This document shows, in pieces, positions 1 through 9,502 of a stretch of DNA of 64,000 nucleotides. Source of the DNA: Methylotenera sp. (GTDB taxonomy: Bacteria > Pseudomonadota > Gammaproteobacteria > Burkholderiales > Methylophilaceae). The stretch covers positions 82,426 through 146,425 of the forward strand of contig JBGANY010000002.1 in assembly GCA_044222005.1 (NCBI GenBank), written 5' to 3'. Under the pieces are notes generated by a model. The model saw nothing but the letters and a program-made list of their open reading frames with translations, did no database searches and had not been told where the DNA came from. The position numbers and the translations under genes are program-made. The first letter of the stretch is position 1; each line of letters starts with the position of its first letter.

Positions 1-942
1 CAGGCCATTTGAGCGGTCTTTATCTTCCGTTACAAACCCAATCCGGTCAAGCGCAAGGCCGACACGGCGCCAGCCGCGATCAAACGGGTCATTCAAATTA
101 AGTGTCACGCTGCTGTCCGCCTCTTTTACAACTTCCGCACGTTTTTCAGATACCGGATTAGCGACAATTTCCTGGGCACGTTTCTCAGCCACGCCCAATT
201 TCACCATCAGGCGGCGCAGCAGCTCCGCATCTAAATCCGCATCCATTTCCTCGGCTTTGGTAAGCGGTTTCGAAGAATCCAGACGGTAGCCTGTATCAAT
301 TTCACCCAGCTGCGTTTTTACAACATTTTTGCCATCATCCGGCGCACCGCTTACGGTACGATGCGTCATGTAGATTTCGGTTGAGCCTTCTTTTTCACCG
401 CGTTCCAGCCGCGTACGGAATTTGCGTCTATCGGCTAGTCCAGAGAGTTTGTCCAGCCATGCATCAAATTTCTCGCCTACATTTTTCTTGTCCTCTTTCG
501 CTTTAATCGCATCGGCTTCTACCCATTCGGTTTCCATCACGCCTGTTTCAGCATTTTCGACACGCACCGCAAACCCTTGGTCTATCCAGAACTCCCGCAC
601 CACAGGCCAGATTTTTTCTGCCGGGGCATTCACTACCAACCAGCGCTGGGCACCTGCTTTTTCCATGCGCACGCCATCAGAGGTAGGCAAGACTTTCTCT
701 ACGCCTGCTTCCTGGCCTTCCTGCGCCTGGTTATAGGTATTGTAAGTAGTAGAACCGCCCGGCACGCTATAGGCGTCGCTAGAGTTTACCGAGGTCAAAT
801 CCGGCGGCACTTCAAGCGGGCGCGAGCGCCCAGCGCCTTTGTAGTCTGACGACGTATCTACAAACGGAATAGAGTCGCAGGCACTCACCAGCATTGTAAG
901 CAGCGCTGCTACGGTTAACTTGAATATCACACTTTGTTTCAT
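1..942 (-). CDS. bamC: Outer membrane assembly lipoprotein BamC/NlpB (partial; 3' end lies beyond the left edge)
   Basis: My own translation of the minus strand from the ATG at 942-940 gives MKQSVIFKLTVAALLTMLVSAC, a lipobox. It continues with LEVPPDL and WLVVNAPAEKIWPVVREFWIDQGF, which are BamC-like. It lies immediately downstream of dapA, as in many proteobacteria. It is missing from the ORF track because there is no stop codon in the window. Confidence 0.7.
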   Translation of the reverse strand, partial: MKQSVIFKLTVAALLTMLVSACDSIPFVDTSSDYKGAGRSRPLEVPPDLTSVNSSDAYSVPGGSTTYNTYNQAQEGQEAGVEKVLPTSDGVRMEKAGAQRWLVVNAPAEKIWPVVREFWIDQGFAVRVENAETGVMETEWVEADAIKAKEDKKNVGEKFDAWLDKLSGLADRRKFRTRLERGEKEGSTEIYMTHRTVSGAPDDGKNVVKTQLGEIDTGYRLDSSKPLTKAEEMDADLDAELLRRLMVKLGVAEKRAQEIVANPVSEKRAEVVKEADSSVTLNLNDPFDRGWRRVGLALDRIGFVTEDKDRSNGL

Positions 943-965
943 CTCTTTACCACCATTTACTGTAA

Positions 966-1841
966 TCAAATAATACCTGCCTGACGCATCGCCGCCCGCA
1001 ACACGTCATGATATTGGGCAGACAAGTTCACCATCGGCAACCGTATGCCAGCTTTAATCAAACCCATCTGCTGCAAAACCCATTTCACCGGGATTGGGTT
1101 CGCCTCAACAAATAATTTTTGATGCAGGCCGAATAATTTTGCATTGATCTCGCAGGCGTTTTTAACATTTCCCGCCATTGCGGCCACACACATTTCGTGC
1201 ATCAATTTAGGCGCCACATTGGCGGTGACCGATATCACCCCATGTCCGCCAAGCAGCATCAGTGCCATCCCGGTGGCATCATCGCCGCTGTAAATCGCAA
1301 AATCTTTAGGCACACGCAGCAGCAAATCGGTTCCCCGCTCGATGCTGCCGGTCGCATCTTTAATCCCGACAATGTTATTGACAGCCGCCAGCCTGATCAC
1401 GGTGTCGTTCGCAATATCACAGCCGGTGCGGCCTGGCACGTTATACAGAATTTGCCGAATATCCACCGCCGCCGCAACCGCCGCATAGTGTTGATATAGA
1501 CCCTCTTGCGTAGGCTTGTTGTAATAAGGCGCCACCAACAAACATGCATCCACACCTAAGGCTTTGGCTTTGGCTGTGAGTTCAATCGCTTCACTTGTGG
1601 AATTTGCACCCGTGCCTGCAATCACCGCAATGCGGCCATTGACATGCTCTACGGTTGTTTCAATCAGCAAACAATGTTCAGCAACATCCACCGTAGGCGA
1701 TTCGCCTGTCGTGCCGACGATGACAATACCATCAGTGCCTGCATCAATATGAAAATCAATCAGCGCGCGTAACGCATCCAGATCCAAACTTCCATCGTCA
1801 AACATGGGTGTGACAATGGCAACCAAACTACCTTGCAGCAT
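966..1841 (-). CDS. dapA: 4-hydroxy-tetrahydrodipicolinate synthase
   Basis: The ORF-track protein has DapA hallmarks ([30 protein letters not shown]). I prefer the ATG at 1841 ([10 protein letters not shown]) over the TTG at 1856. Confidence 0.95.
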   Translation of the reverse strand: MLQGSLVAIVTPMFDDGSLDLDALRALIDFHIDAGTDGIVIVGTTGESPTVDVAEHCLLIETTVEHVNGRIAVIAGTGANSTSEAIELTAKAKALGVDACLLVAPYYNKPTQEGLYQHYAAVAAAVDIRQILYNVPGRTGCDIANDTVIRLAAVNNIVGIKDATGSIERGTDLLLRVPKDFAIYSGDDATGMALMLLGGHGVISVTANVAPKLMHEMCVAAMAGNVKNACEINAKLFGLHQKLFVEANPIPVKWVLQQMGLIKAGIRLPMVNLSAQYHDVLRAAMRQAGII

Positions 1842-2111
1842 ATTAAAACCTGCCAAAAATAAAGTGTGTTATTTTAACCGAAACTGCCCACTTAATGCGA
1901 AAACGCTGTTGTTCTAGCTTCAAATAAATCACATATATCAAATTATGCTAATAATATAATTACATATTCTTTGTAACTATAATAAACATCGCATATATTG
2001 CTTGACTCGGGGAACAAGCGCCAAGGACTTTTGGTTGAATTTGCCTGCCGGATTGCGTTCTAACCGAGCATAAAACACAGTATAATCGCATTAAAATTAA
2101 CAGGTTCGCCT

Positions 2112-2696
2112 ATGTCACAAAGTTACATTTTAATTTTAATCAGCACGGTATTAGTGAACAACATCGTACTGGTTAAAATTCTGGGCTTATGCCCATTTAT
2201 GGGGGTTTCCAAGAAGCTGGAAGCTTCCATTGGCATGGCCGCAGCAACCGCATTCGTGCTGACAATCGGCTCGATGACCAGTTGGGCAATTAATCACTAT
2301 CTGCTTGAGCCAAACAACCTGCAGTACCTGCGTACGCTGTCATTCATTGTAGTTATTGCAGGCGTAGTGCAGTTTACCGAAATTGTCATGGAAAAAAGTT
2401 TCCCGTTGCTGTACCAGATGCTGGGCATTTTCTTGCCGCTGATTACCACCAATTGCGCTGTGCTGGGCATTCCGCTTCTCAATGCGCAATCAAGCCACGG
2501 ACCAATAGAATCGGCCATATACGGTTTTGGCGGCGCGGTTGGTTTTTCGATGGTGCTGATTTTATTTGCCTCATTACGTGAACGTCTGGAAGCCGCCGAC
2601 GTACCAAAAGCGTTTCAAGGCTCTGCTATCGCCATGGTGACTGCGGCTCTGATGAGCCTTGCCTTTATGGGTTTCGCCGGATTAGATAAATACTAA
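2112..2696 (+). CDS. rnfA: Rnf/Rsx electron transport complex subunit A
   Basis: 194-aa polytopic membrane protein with an RnfA-type sequence ([18 protein letters not shown]). First gene of an rnfABCDGE-order cluster. Confidence 0.95.
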   Translation: MSQSYILILISTVLVNNIVLVKILGLCPFMGVSKKLEASIGMAAATAFVLTIGSMTSWAINHYLLEPNNLQYLRTLSFIVVIAGVVQFTEIVMEKSFPLLYQMLGIFLPLITTNCAVLGIPLLNAQSSHGPIESAIYGFGGAVGFSMVLILFASLRERLEAADVPKAFQGSAIAMVTAALMSLAFMGFAGLDKY

Positions 2697-2820
2697 AAAT
2701 GCAATTTTCGTCGCCATACGGTGTTGCTTACAAAAAACACCTGCTTACATATACCCCATATGCCGCGTCAATGTTTTTTGCGCGCGCCTTGTCCGGCTTA
2801 GAAACTTGCATTTTTAAAGG
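2692..2820. repeat. Intergenic hairpin-forming repeat, copy A (inverted orientation relative to copy B)
   Basis: Terminal inverted repeat taaaaatgcaa (2694-2704) / ttgcattttta (2806-2816). The central apex catat-acccc-atatg sits exactly at the midpoint, 2755. The reverse complement aligns with copy B at cctttaaaaatgc, aaggcgcgcgc, tatggggtata and cgacgaaaattgcattttta. Confidence 0.55.
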
Positions 2821-2835
2821 TTTTTTGGTGAGTTA

Positions 2836-3405
2836 ATGTTAACAGCCCTATACATCATGATTGGCCTGGCACTGGTCTTGGGTATTTTGTTGGGCTTTGC
2901 CGCGCTTAAATTCAAAGTGGAGGGCGACCCGCTCATCGCGCGCATTGATGCCATTCTGCCGCAAACACAATGTGGCCAATGCGGCTACCCTGGCTGCAAG
3001 CCTTATGCCACTGCTATTGCCAAAGGCGAGGCCGATATTAACCAGTGCCCGCCAGGTGGTGAGGCAGGCGTGCGCGCACTGGCTGATTTGCTGGGTGTAG
3101 AATATAAGCCGCTTAACGCCGAGCATGGTGAGCCCAAACCTAAGTCAGTAGCTTTTATTGATGAAGAAGTATGCATCGGCTGTACGTTGTGCATTCAAGC
3201 CTGCCCGGTAGATGCCATTTTAGGTGCGGCCAAGCACATGCACACCATTATTGCGAGTGAGTGCACAGGCTGCGAGCTTTGCGTGGCACCGTGCCCGGTC
3301 GATTGTATCTCGATGATCCCCATTGCAGAAACGCCCGATAACTGGAAATGGAAATATCCCACCATTCCGATTAAGCCCGTGCCTTTCAACTCAAAACCTG
3401 TCTAA
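2836..3405 (+). CDS. rnfB: Rnf complex subunit B (Fe-S ferredoxin-like)
   Basis: N-terminal TM segment, a CGQCGYPGC motif and two CxxCxxCxxxCP ferredoxin motifs. Confidence 0.95.
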   Translation: MLTALYIMIGLALVLGILLGFAALKFKVEGDPLIARIDAILPQTQCGQCGYPGCKPYATAIAKGEADINQCPPGGEAGVRALADLLGVEYKPLNAEHGEPKPKSVAFIDEEVCIGCTLCIQACPVDAILGAAKHMHTIIASECTGCELCVAPCPVDCISMIPIAETPDNWKWKYPTIPIKPVPFNSKPV

Positions 3406-3426
3406 CGATATGAACAAATTGGCAAC

Positions 3427-5238
3427 ATGAACGCACTGGTTAATTTTACTAAAATTTTCAAATTTCACGGCGGCGTACACCCGCCTGGACACAAGGCGGA
3501 ATCGACCCGGCTGCCGATCGGACAATTGCCGCTGCCGGAAAAACTGGTACTGCCTTTGCGTCAACACGTCGGCAACATTCCAAAAGTAAAAGTAGGCATT
3601 GGCGATAAGGTGCTGAAAGGCCAATTGCTCGCCGAGGCAGAGGGTACGGTATCAGCAGCCATTCATGCGCCCACTTCCGGCGTGGTGACGTCCATTGATG
3701 ATGCGATTATCCCGCATCCTTCCGGCTTACCGGATCGATGCATTACCATTACGCCGGATGGCAAAGACGAATGGATTGAACGCCGGCCACAGGATTGGCG
3801 CAACATACAATGCAATGATTTAATCGCGAGTTTGCGGCTATCGGGCATTGTGGGATTGGGTGGAGCCACCTTCCCCACCCATATCAAGTTTCGCGTCGGT
3901 TGCAAATCGGATGTGCATACGCTGGTTATTAATGCTGCCGAATGCGAGCCCTACATAACCTGCGACGACATGCTGATGCGTGAACGTGCGGATGAAATTG
4001 TAAAAGGCATTGAAATCGCCCAGCGTCTGCTGGGTGCAGAAAAAGTATTAATTGGCATAGAAGACAACAAGCCGGAAGCGATTGCGTCCCTTCAAGCCGC
4101 TACCACGGGCACTTCCATACAAATAGTGGTGGTGCCTACGCTTTATCCCAGCGGCGACGCGCGCCGTCTGGTGCATTTAGTATTAGGCACTGAAATCCCG
4201 CACGACAAGCGCTCGACCGAAGTTGGCGTACAGGTATTTAACGTAGCGACCATGCGGGCGCTGTATCGTTATTTTGAACTTGGCGAACCATCGCTTAGCC
4301 GTATTGTAACCATGACCGGCAACGTGCAGCAGCCGCAAAATTTCGAGGTGCTTTTTGGCACGCCTTTACCGCATTTGGTAAAAGTCGCTGGCGGCGCCAA
4401 ACAAGGAACCACGCACTACATCATGGGCGGGCCGATGATGGGTTTTGATTTGCCCGACGAAAATGTACCGATTACCAAAGCGGCTAACTGCATCATTGCG
4501 GCCTCGCCCAATTTATTTGCGCCGCCGCCCACGCCGATGCCCTGCATCCGCTGCGCGCGCTGTGCAGATGTTTGCCCGGTGAATCTGCAGCCGCAAGAAC
4601 TGTACTGGTTTGCCAAATCGGATAATTTCGAAAAAGCGAGCGATTATCAGTTGTTCGATTGTATTGAGTGCGGTGCCTGCTCGTATGTATGCCCCAGCAA
4701 TATCCCGCTGGTGCAGTATTACCGCTATGCCAAAAGCGAGATCATTGCGCTGGATAAGGCACGTGAAGCCGCTGACCTGGCGCGCGAACGCAATGAATTC
4801 AGGCTGGCGCGTATTGAGCGTGAAAAACAGGAACGCGCGCAAAAACATGCCGAGCGTGCGCAAGGTGCCAAACAAGAAGGCGAAAAAACACCTGCCCCGG
4901 AAGCCAGGCAGGATGCGCCTTCCCGCTCTGCCATTTCAACGACGGATGACGCCAAAAAAGCCGCCATCGCAGCCGCCATCGAGCGTGCCAAGGCTTTAAA
5001 ACTGGCTGCCCAGCAAGCTGGGGAAGCCCCTAAAAATACTGAACCGGCAAGTGCTGAAATAAAACAGGAAATCGCCGAAATTGATGCGCGGCGCAAAAAT
5101 GTGGGCCTGGAAAAACCTGCCGCAGCAGACGCTGACAAGCAGGCCAGAATTGCAGCGGCTATCGAGCGCGCCAAAGCCGCAAAAGCAGCAGCTGAGGCGG
5201 CCAAGCACGCGAATGACAATTTAATTACAAAGGAATAA
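3427..5238 (+). CDS. rnfC: Rnf complex subunit C with a long Ala/Lys/Glu-rich C-terminal tail
   Basis: GGVHPP motif, NADH/FMN-binding-like core and two 4Fe-4S motifs (CIRCARCADVCP, CIECGACSYVCP). Followed by a low-complexity tail of about 150 aa. Confidence 0.95.
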   Translation: MNALVNFTKIFKFHGGVHPPGHKAESTRLPIGQLPLPEKLVLPLRQHVGNIPKVKVGIGDKVLKGQLLAEAEGTVSAAIHAPTSGVVTSIDDAIIPHPSGLPDRCITITPDGKDEWIERRPQDWRNIQCNDLIASLRLSGIVGLGGATFPTHIKFRVGCKSDVHTLVINAAECEPYITCDDMLMRERADEIVKGIEIAQRLLGAEKVLIGIEDNKPEAIASLQAATTGTSIQIVVVPTLYPSGDARRLVHLVLGTEIPHDKRSTEVGVQVFNVATMRALYRYFELGEPSLSRIVTMTGNVQQPQNFEVLFGTPLPHLVKVAGGAKQGTTHYIMGGPMMGFDLPDENVPITKAANCIIAASPNLFAPPPTPMPCIRCARCADVCPVNLQPQELYWFAKSDNFEKASDYQLFDCIECGACSYVCPSNIPLVQYYRYAKSEIIALDKAREAADLARERNEFRLARIEREKQERAQKHAERAQGAKQEGEKTPAPEARQDAPSRSAISTTDDAKKAAIAAAIERAKALKLAAQQAGEAPKNTEPASAEIKQEIAEIDARRKNVGLEKPAAADADKQARIAAAIERAKAAKAAAEAAKHANDNLITKE

Positions 5239-5239
5239 T

Positions 5240-6259
5240 TTGAACCGTTCCCCTTATATTTCTGAAGCGCCTAGCGTGAGCGCCATCATGCTCAAAGTGC
5301 TGCTGGCGCTGGTGCCAGGTATCATTGCCTATGTGTGGGTGTTTGGCGGTGGCGTGCTGGTCACGATTACATTGGCCACCGTTACTGCATTACTCGCCGA
5401 GGCAGCTATGCTAAAGCTTCGCAATCGCCCTGTGCAGCCGTTTTTAACGGATTACAGCGCCGTGATCACCGCATGGCTATTGGCGCTGGCGATACCCCCG
5501 CTTGCGCCGTGGTGGCTGATTGTGGTCGGCACCTTGTTTGCAATTGTAGTTGCTAAGCAATTATATGGCGGATTGGGTTACAACCCGTTCAACCCCGCCA
5601 TGATCGGCTATGCCGTGCTGCTAATTTCTTTTCCGGCGCTAATGACCAAATGGCCGGCTGCCTTGCAACTGGCGCAAACACAGTTGGATTTTGCTGATCA
5701 ATTTCAGTTTATTTTTAGCGGGATTTTGCCACAGGACGTGAAATTAGACGCAGTCACCTCTGCAACGCCATTGGATTACTTAAAAACACAACTTACACTG
5801 AAACATGATGTCGCCAGCATTAGAGAGGCGCCTATATTCGGCGCGCTAGGCGGCAAAGGCGGCGAATATGTAACGATGTCCTATTTGTTGGGTGGCCTTT
5901 ATTTATGGCAGCAAAAAATCATTTCCTGGCATTTGCCTACGGCGTTTTTAGGCGCTTTGGCGCTCATTTCCGGTGTGTTTTGGGTCATTAACCCAGCGCA
6001 TTTCGCATCACCCCTGTTTCACTTGTTCAGTGGCGCCAGCATGCTGTGTGCGTTTTTTATTATTACTGATCCCGTTAGCGGCCCGACTACGCCAAAAGGC
6101 AAGTTATATTTTGCGGCGGGCGTGGCGGTCATTACTTATCTCATCCGCGCTTATGGCGGTTACCCGGATGGCGTAGCGTTTGCGGTGATTTTTATGAACA
6201 TTTGTGTGCCGTTGCTTGATATGCATACGCAGCCGCGTGTATTCGGGCATGAGAAGTAA
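5240..6259 (+). CDS. rnfD: Rnf complex subunit D
   Basis: 339-aa polytopic membrane protein with RnfD/NqrB-like sequence and the expected position in the cluster. Confidence 0.95.
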   Translation: MNRSPYISEAPSVSAIMLKVLLALVPGIIAYVWVFGGGVLVTITLATVTALLAEAAMLKLRNRPVQPFLTDYSAVITAWLLALAIPPLAPWWLIVVGTLFAIVVAKQLYGGLGYNPFNPAMIGYAVLLISFPALMTKWPAALQLAQTQLDFADQFQFIFSGILPQDVKLDAVTSATPLDYLKTQLTLKHDVASIREAPIFGALGGKGGEYVTMSYLLGGLYLWQQKIISWHLPTAFLGALALISGVFWVINPAHFASPLFHLFSGASMLCAFFIITDPVSGPTTPKGKLYFAAGVAVITYLIRAYGGYPDGVAFAVIFMNICVPLLDMHTQPRVFGHEK

Positions 6260-6261
6260 AT

Positions 6262-6882
6262 ATGCCTGAAACCATTTTAAAACACACCAGCAAAACCGCA
6301 TTTACGCTGATTGCCTTTGCTTTAGTGTTTACATCACTGATGGCTTACGTGTTTAACATCACCAAAACGCCGATTGAAAAGAGCGAGGCCGCCGCGCGCA
6401 TGGCTTTGTTCAGGCAAATCGTGCCGGAACACATGCATGACAATGATTTACTCAAAGACACCATCACCATTGCACCTAACGATTTGTTGGGCAATCGGCA
6501 GCCCACCATTGCCAGTCGCGCGCGCATCGACAATGTGCCTGCAGTAGTGATATTAGAGGCCATCGCGCACGATGGTTACAGCGGCGATATCAAGTTGCTG
6601 ATTGCGATTAAATACGACGGCAGCATCTCTGGCGTGCGTGTACTCACGCACAAAGAAACGCCCGGCTTGGGCGATTATATTGACATTACCAAAGGTAACT
6701 GGATTAAACTTTTTAACGAAGAATCGCTCACAAAGACAAGCAGCGAAAGATGGAAAGTAAAAAAAGACGGTGGCCAGTTTGATTATATGGCGGGCGCGAC
6801 CATCACACCGCGTGCGGTAGTGAAAGCGGTGCATAAGGCATTGCAATATTTTGAAGCGAATAAGCAGGCGTTGTTTGCCTAA
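6262..6882 (+). CDS. rnfG: Rnf complex subunit G (FMN-binding)
   Basis: N-terminal anchor plus an FMN_bind-like region (HKETPGLGD ... GATITPRAV). Confidence 0.9.
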   Translation: MPETILKHTSKTAFTLIAFALVFTSLMAYVFNITKTPIEKSEAAARMALFRQIVPEHMHDNDLLKDTITIAPNDLLGNRQPTIASRARIDNVPAVVILEAIAHDGYSGDIKLLIAIKYDGSISGVRVLTHKETPGLGDYIDITKGNWIKLFNEESLTKTSSERWKVKKDGGQFDYMAGATITPRAVVKAVHKALQYFEANKQALFA

Positions 6883-6898
6883 AGGTTAGAGGTTAAAA

Positions 6899-7576
6899 AT
6901 GAGCGACTTTAAAGAAATTGCCTACAACGGGCTATGGAAGCAAAACACAGGTGTAGTTCAGCTACTAGGCCTGTGCCCAACATTAGCGGTTACCACATCG
7001 GTGGTCAACGGTGTGAGCTTAGGCATAGCAACCGCATTGGTCATGGCAGCTTCTAACGGCGCGGTTTCTCCGGTACGCAAATACATACCGGATGAAATTC
7101 GCGTGCCGGTATTTATTCTGGTGATTGCGGCACTGGTGACGGTGATTGATCTGACTATTCACGGCTTTGCTGAGCCATTGCACAAAGTGCTGGGCATATT
7201 TATTCCGCTGATTGTGGTGAATTGTATCGTGCTGGCGCGCGTAGAATCGTTCGCGGCCAAAAATCCACCCGCTCCCGCCATATGGGACGGCTTCATGATG
7301 GGTATCGGCCTGACGGTTGTATTGGCCATATTGGGCGGCATGCGTGAAATCATCGGAAAAGGCACACTTTTTTCTGGGCTGGATCTGGCGCTGGGGCCAC
7401 AGTTCAAACAGTTTATGGTAACGGTTATCCCGGATTATCACGGCTTCTTATTAGCGATTCTGCCCCCTGGCGCGTTCCTTGGCCTGGCTTGCTTGATCGC
7501 GTTCCGCAACTGGGCCGAGCAGCGTAAATCATCTCCAAGTCAACAAGCCACTGGCGCGCTTAAACCTGCGCATTAG
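6899..7576 (+). CDS. rnfE: Rnf complex subunit E
   Basis: RnfE/NqrD-like membrane protein (QLLGLCPTLAVTT). Confidence 0.95.
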   Translation: MSDFKEIAYNGLWKQNTGVVQLLGLCPTLAVTTSVVNGVSLGIATALVMAASNGAVSPVRKYIPDEIRVPVFILVIAALVTVIDLTIHGFAEPLHKVLGIFIPLIVVNCIVLARVESFAAKNPPAPAIWDGFMMGIGLTVVLAILGGMREIIGKGTLFSGLDLALGPQFKQFMVTVIPDYHGFLLAILPPGAFLGLACLIAFRNWAEQRKSSPSQQATGALKPAH

Positions 7577-7588
7577 CCAACAATTAAC

Positions 7589-8254
7589 ATGAATGCGGGA
7601 AAACGCGCCGAGATTTTTAAGCGACTCAGCATCGCCATTCCAAGTCCAACGACAGAGCTTGAACATTCCAGCACGTTTGAACTGCTGATCGCCGTGATTT
7701 TATCTGCACAGGCCACTGACAAAGGTGTAAATATTGCCACCCGCAGGCTGTTCAAAGTTGCCAATACACCGCAGGCCATTTTTGACTTGGGCATCGAAGG
7801 CCTGGAAAGTTATATCAAAACTATCGGGCTGTATCACGCAAAAGCTAAAAATATTATTGCCTGCTGCGAAATGCTGATGCAACAACATGAGGGCCTGGTA
7901 CCCAATACCAGAGCGGCTCTTGAGGCATTGCCAGGCGTGGGCCGCAAAACTGCCAACGTGATGCTGAACACCGCGTTTGGCCAGCCCACTATTGCGGTCG
8001 ATACGCACTTGTTCCGGCTCGGAAACCGCACCAGGCTTGCCACTGGAAAAAATGTGCTGCAAGTCGAGCAAAAATACCTGAAAGCGATCCCGAAAGAGTA
8101 TATGCAGGATGCGCACCATCTGCTGATTCTGCATGGCCGTTACACCTGTACTGCCCGCAACCCCAAGTGCGGTGAGTGCTGCATCGTGGATCTATGCGAA
8201 TATCCGCATAAAATAATTCCAAAAATTCATCTGATGGCTGGTGGCGCGGCATGA
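7589..8254 (+). CDS. nth: Endonuclease III
   Basis: HhH-GPD motif (LPGVGRKTANV) and a C-terminal 4Fe-4S cluster loop (CTARNPKCGECCIVDLC). rnf-nth linkage as in E. coli rsx-nth. Confidence 0.95.
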   Translation: MNAGKRAEIFKRLSIAIPSPTTELEHSSTFELLIAVILSAQATDKGVNIATRRLFKVANTPQAIFDLGIEGLESYIKTIGLYHAKAKNIIACCEMLMQQHEGLVPNTRAALEALPGVGRKTANVMLNTAFGQPTIAVDTHLFRLGNRTRLATGKNVLQVEQKYLKAIPKEYMQDAHHLLILHGRYTCTARNPKCGECCIVDLCEYPHKIIPKIHLMAGGAA

Positions 8255-8395
8255 GGCCTTTGTAAAAGTGTTTATTGTGGATGAAGTGCAAGGCGCACGG
8301 AGCGCAGAAGCCGAGATAGTATGGGGTATACAGCGAGGTTATGAGCACCGCGTAACGCAGCAATTCGACACCAGAAATACTTTTACAAAGGCCTC
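8253..8395. repeat. Intergenic hairpin-forming repeat, copy B (best preserved)
   Basis: Perfect 17-bp terminal inverted repeat gaggcctttgtaaaagt (8253-8269) / acttttacaaaggcctc (8379-8395). The interior is imperfectly self-complementary. The apex gtat-ggggt-atac is centred at 8324-8325. The element fills the whole nth-FIST spacer, overlapping the nth stop and ending 3 nt before the FIST ATG. Confidence 0.65.
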
Positions 8396-8398
8396 AAT

Positions 8399-9502
8399 AT
8401 GAAAGTCGCAACCGGACTCGCCATTGGCGCAACACCCATGCCCGAACTGGCAGCCAAAGCGGTCGAGACAGCGATGGCAAAAGCCAATATCCATGCGCCT
8501 TCCAGCGTATTGTTGTTTTTAACCTCTGAATTTGCGGCTGATCCGCAATCCGCCATCAAAGCCGCTGCCAAGGCGGCACGCTGCACGCAGATTATCGGCT
8601 GCTCGGCCACTGGCATTTTTACGGAAGAAGATTGGGTGATTGATAGCCCGGCCGCCGCCGCGATGGTGTTTTCAGACTTAAATTTCGGTTATCCCAGAGC
8701 AGATGCCACACAGAAGAATGGTGATTTTCTGCTCACGCTCACCGCGCCCAATGCCATCAATACAACCTGGCTGAATCAGTCCGGACTCAGATTCGGCGGC
8801 GTTTCGGGCGATGCGATTGGACACGGGCCTTTTTCTGTTTGGCAAAACGGCAAAGGCACCACACAGGGCTACTGCGAAGTGACACTCAACAATATCGCGA
8901 TGGCCGTAGCGGCCACGCATGGCTTGAGGCTGATATCTGCCCCACAGAGAATTACCACTTGCAATGGCAATGACCTGCTCACCGTAGCCAATCTGCCGGC
9001 GCTTGCCACACTGTTAGGTGCATGGCAAAAACACGCAAAAACATCAGATCCCGCACCATATCATCAACTCATGGCAGTGTACGCCAGCAAAGCCAGTCAG
9101 ATAGAACGGGGTGAGTACAATATCGCCTCCATCATCATCGAGGATGCAGATGCTGCCTCCGTCACCCTGACCAAGCCTCTGCAAACGGGAGATTGGCTCA
9201 GTTGGGCGATTCGTGATGTAGATGCGGCGCAAATTGATATTGTCAAAACTGCCACCGAACTAAAGCAGCAATTAGACTCCGAGCCTGCGTTTGCCTTGCT
9301 GTTTTCCTGTTTAGGCCGTGGCCCTTATTTTTATAACGGCACCGATCAGGATTTGGCTTTAATTAAAACGCTGTTCCCACATCTGCCCGTGATTGGTTTT
9401 TATGGCAATGGCGAAATCGCACCTATCAACGGCATTAATGAGTTACTGCAATATTCTGCTGTACTGGGCTTATGTTCCAAAAGCAAAGTAGCCTATTTAT
9501 GA
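8399..9502 (+). CDS. FIST-domain (FIST_N + FIST_C) sensor protein with no output domain
   Basis: 367 aa. The C-terminal GFYGNGEIAP...LLQYSAVLGL is typical of FIST_C. No kinase, GGDEF or HTH region is visible. Confidence 0.85.
   Translation: MKVATGLAIGATPMPELAAKAVETAMAKANIHAPSSVLLFLTSEFAADPQSAIKAAAKAARCTQIIGCSATGIFTEEDWVIDSPAAAAMVFSDLNFGYPRADATQKNGDFLLTLTAPNAINTTWLNQSGLRFGGVSGDAIGHGPFSVWQNGKGTTQGYCEVTLNNIAMAVAATHGLRLISAPQRITTCNGNDLLTVANLPALATLLGAWQKHAKTSDPAPYHQLMAVYASKASQIERGEYNIASIIIEDADAASVTLTKPLQTGDWLSWAIRDVDAAQIDIVKTATELKQQLDSEPAFALLFSCLGRGPYFYNGTDQDLALIKTLFPHLPVIGFYGNGEIAPINGINELLQYSAVLGLCSKSKVAYL

Noticed and set aside
422-849. Two plus-strand ORFs (104 aa and 90 aa) at the left edge.
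   Set aside because: They lie antisense to a much better minus-strand reading frame, the BamC-like lipoprotein running off the window. Their translations are low-complexity Ser/Ala/Pro/Arg-rich with no recognisable motif.
4725-5219. 164-aa Ala-rich minus-strand ORF opposite the rnfC tail.
   Set aside because: It is a mirror image of the Ala/Lys/Glu-rich repeat region of rnfC. The GCN-rich codons read as Ala/Ser/Cys-rich in antisense, and there is no independent start context.
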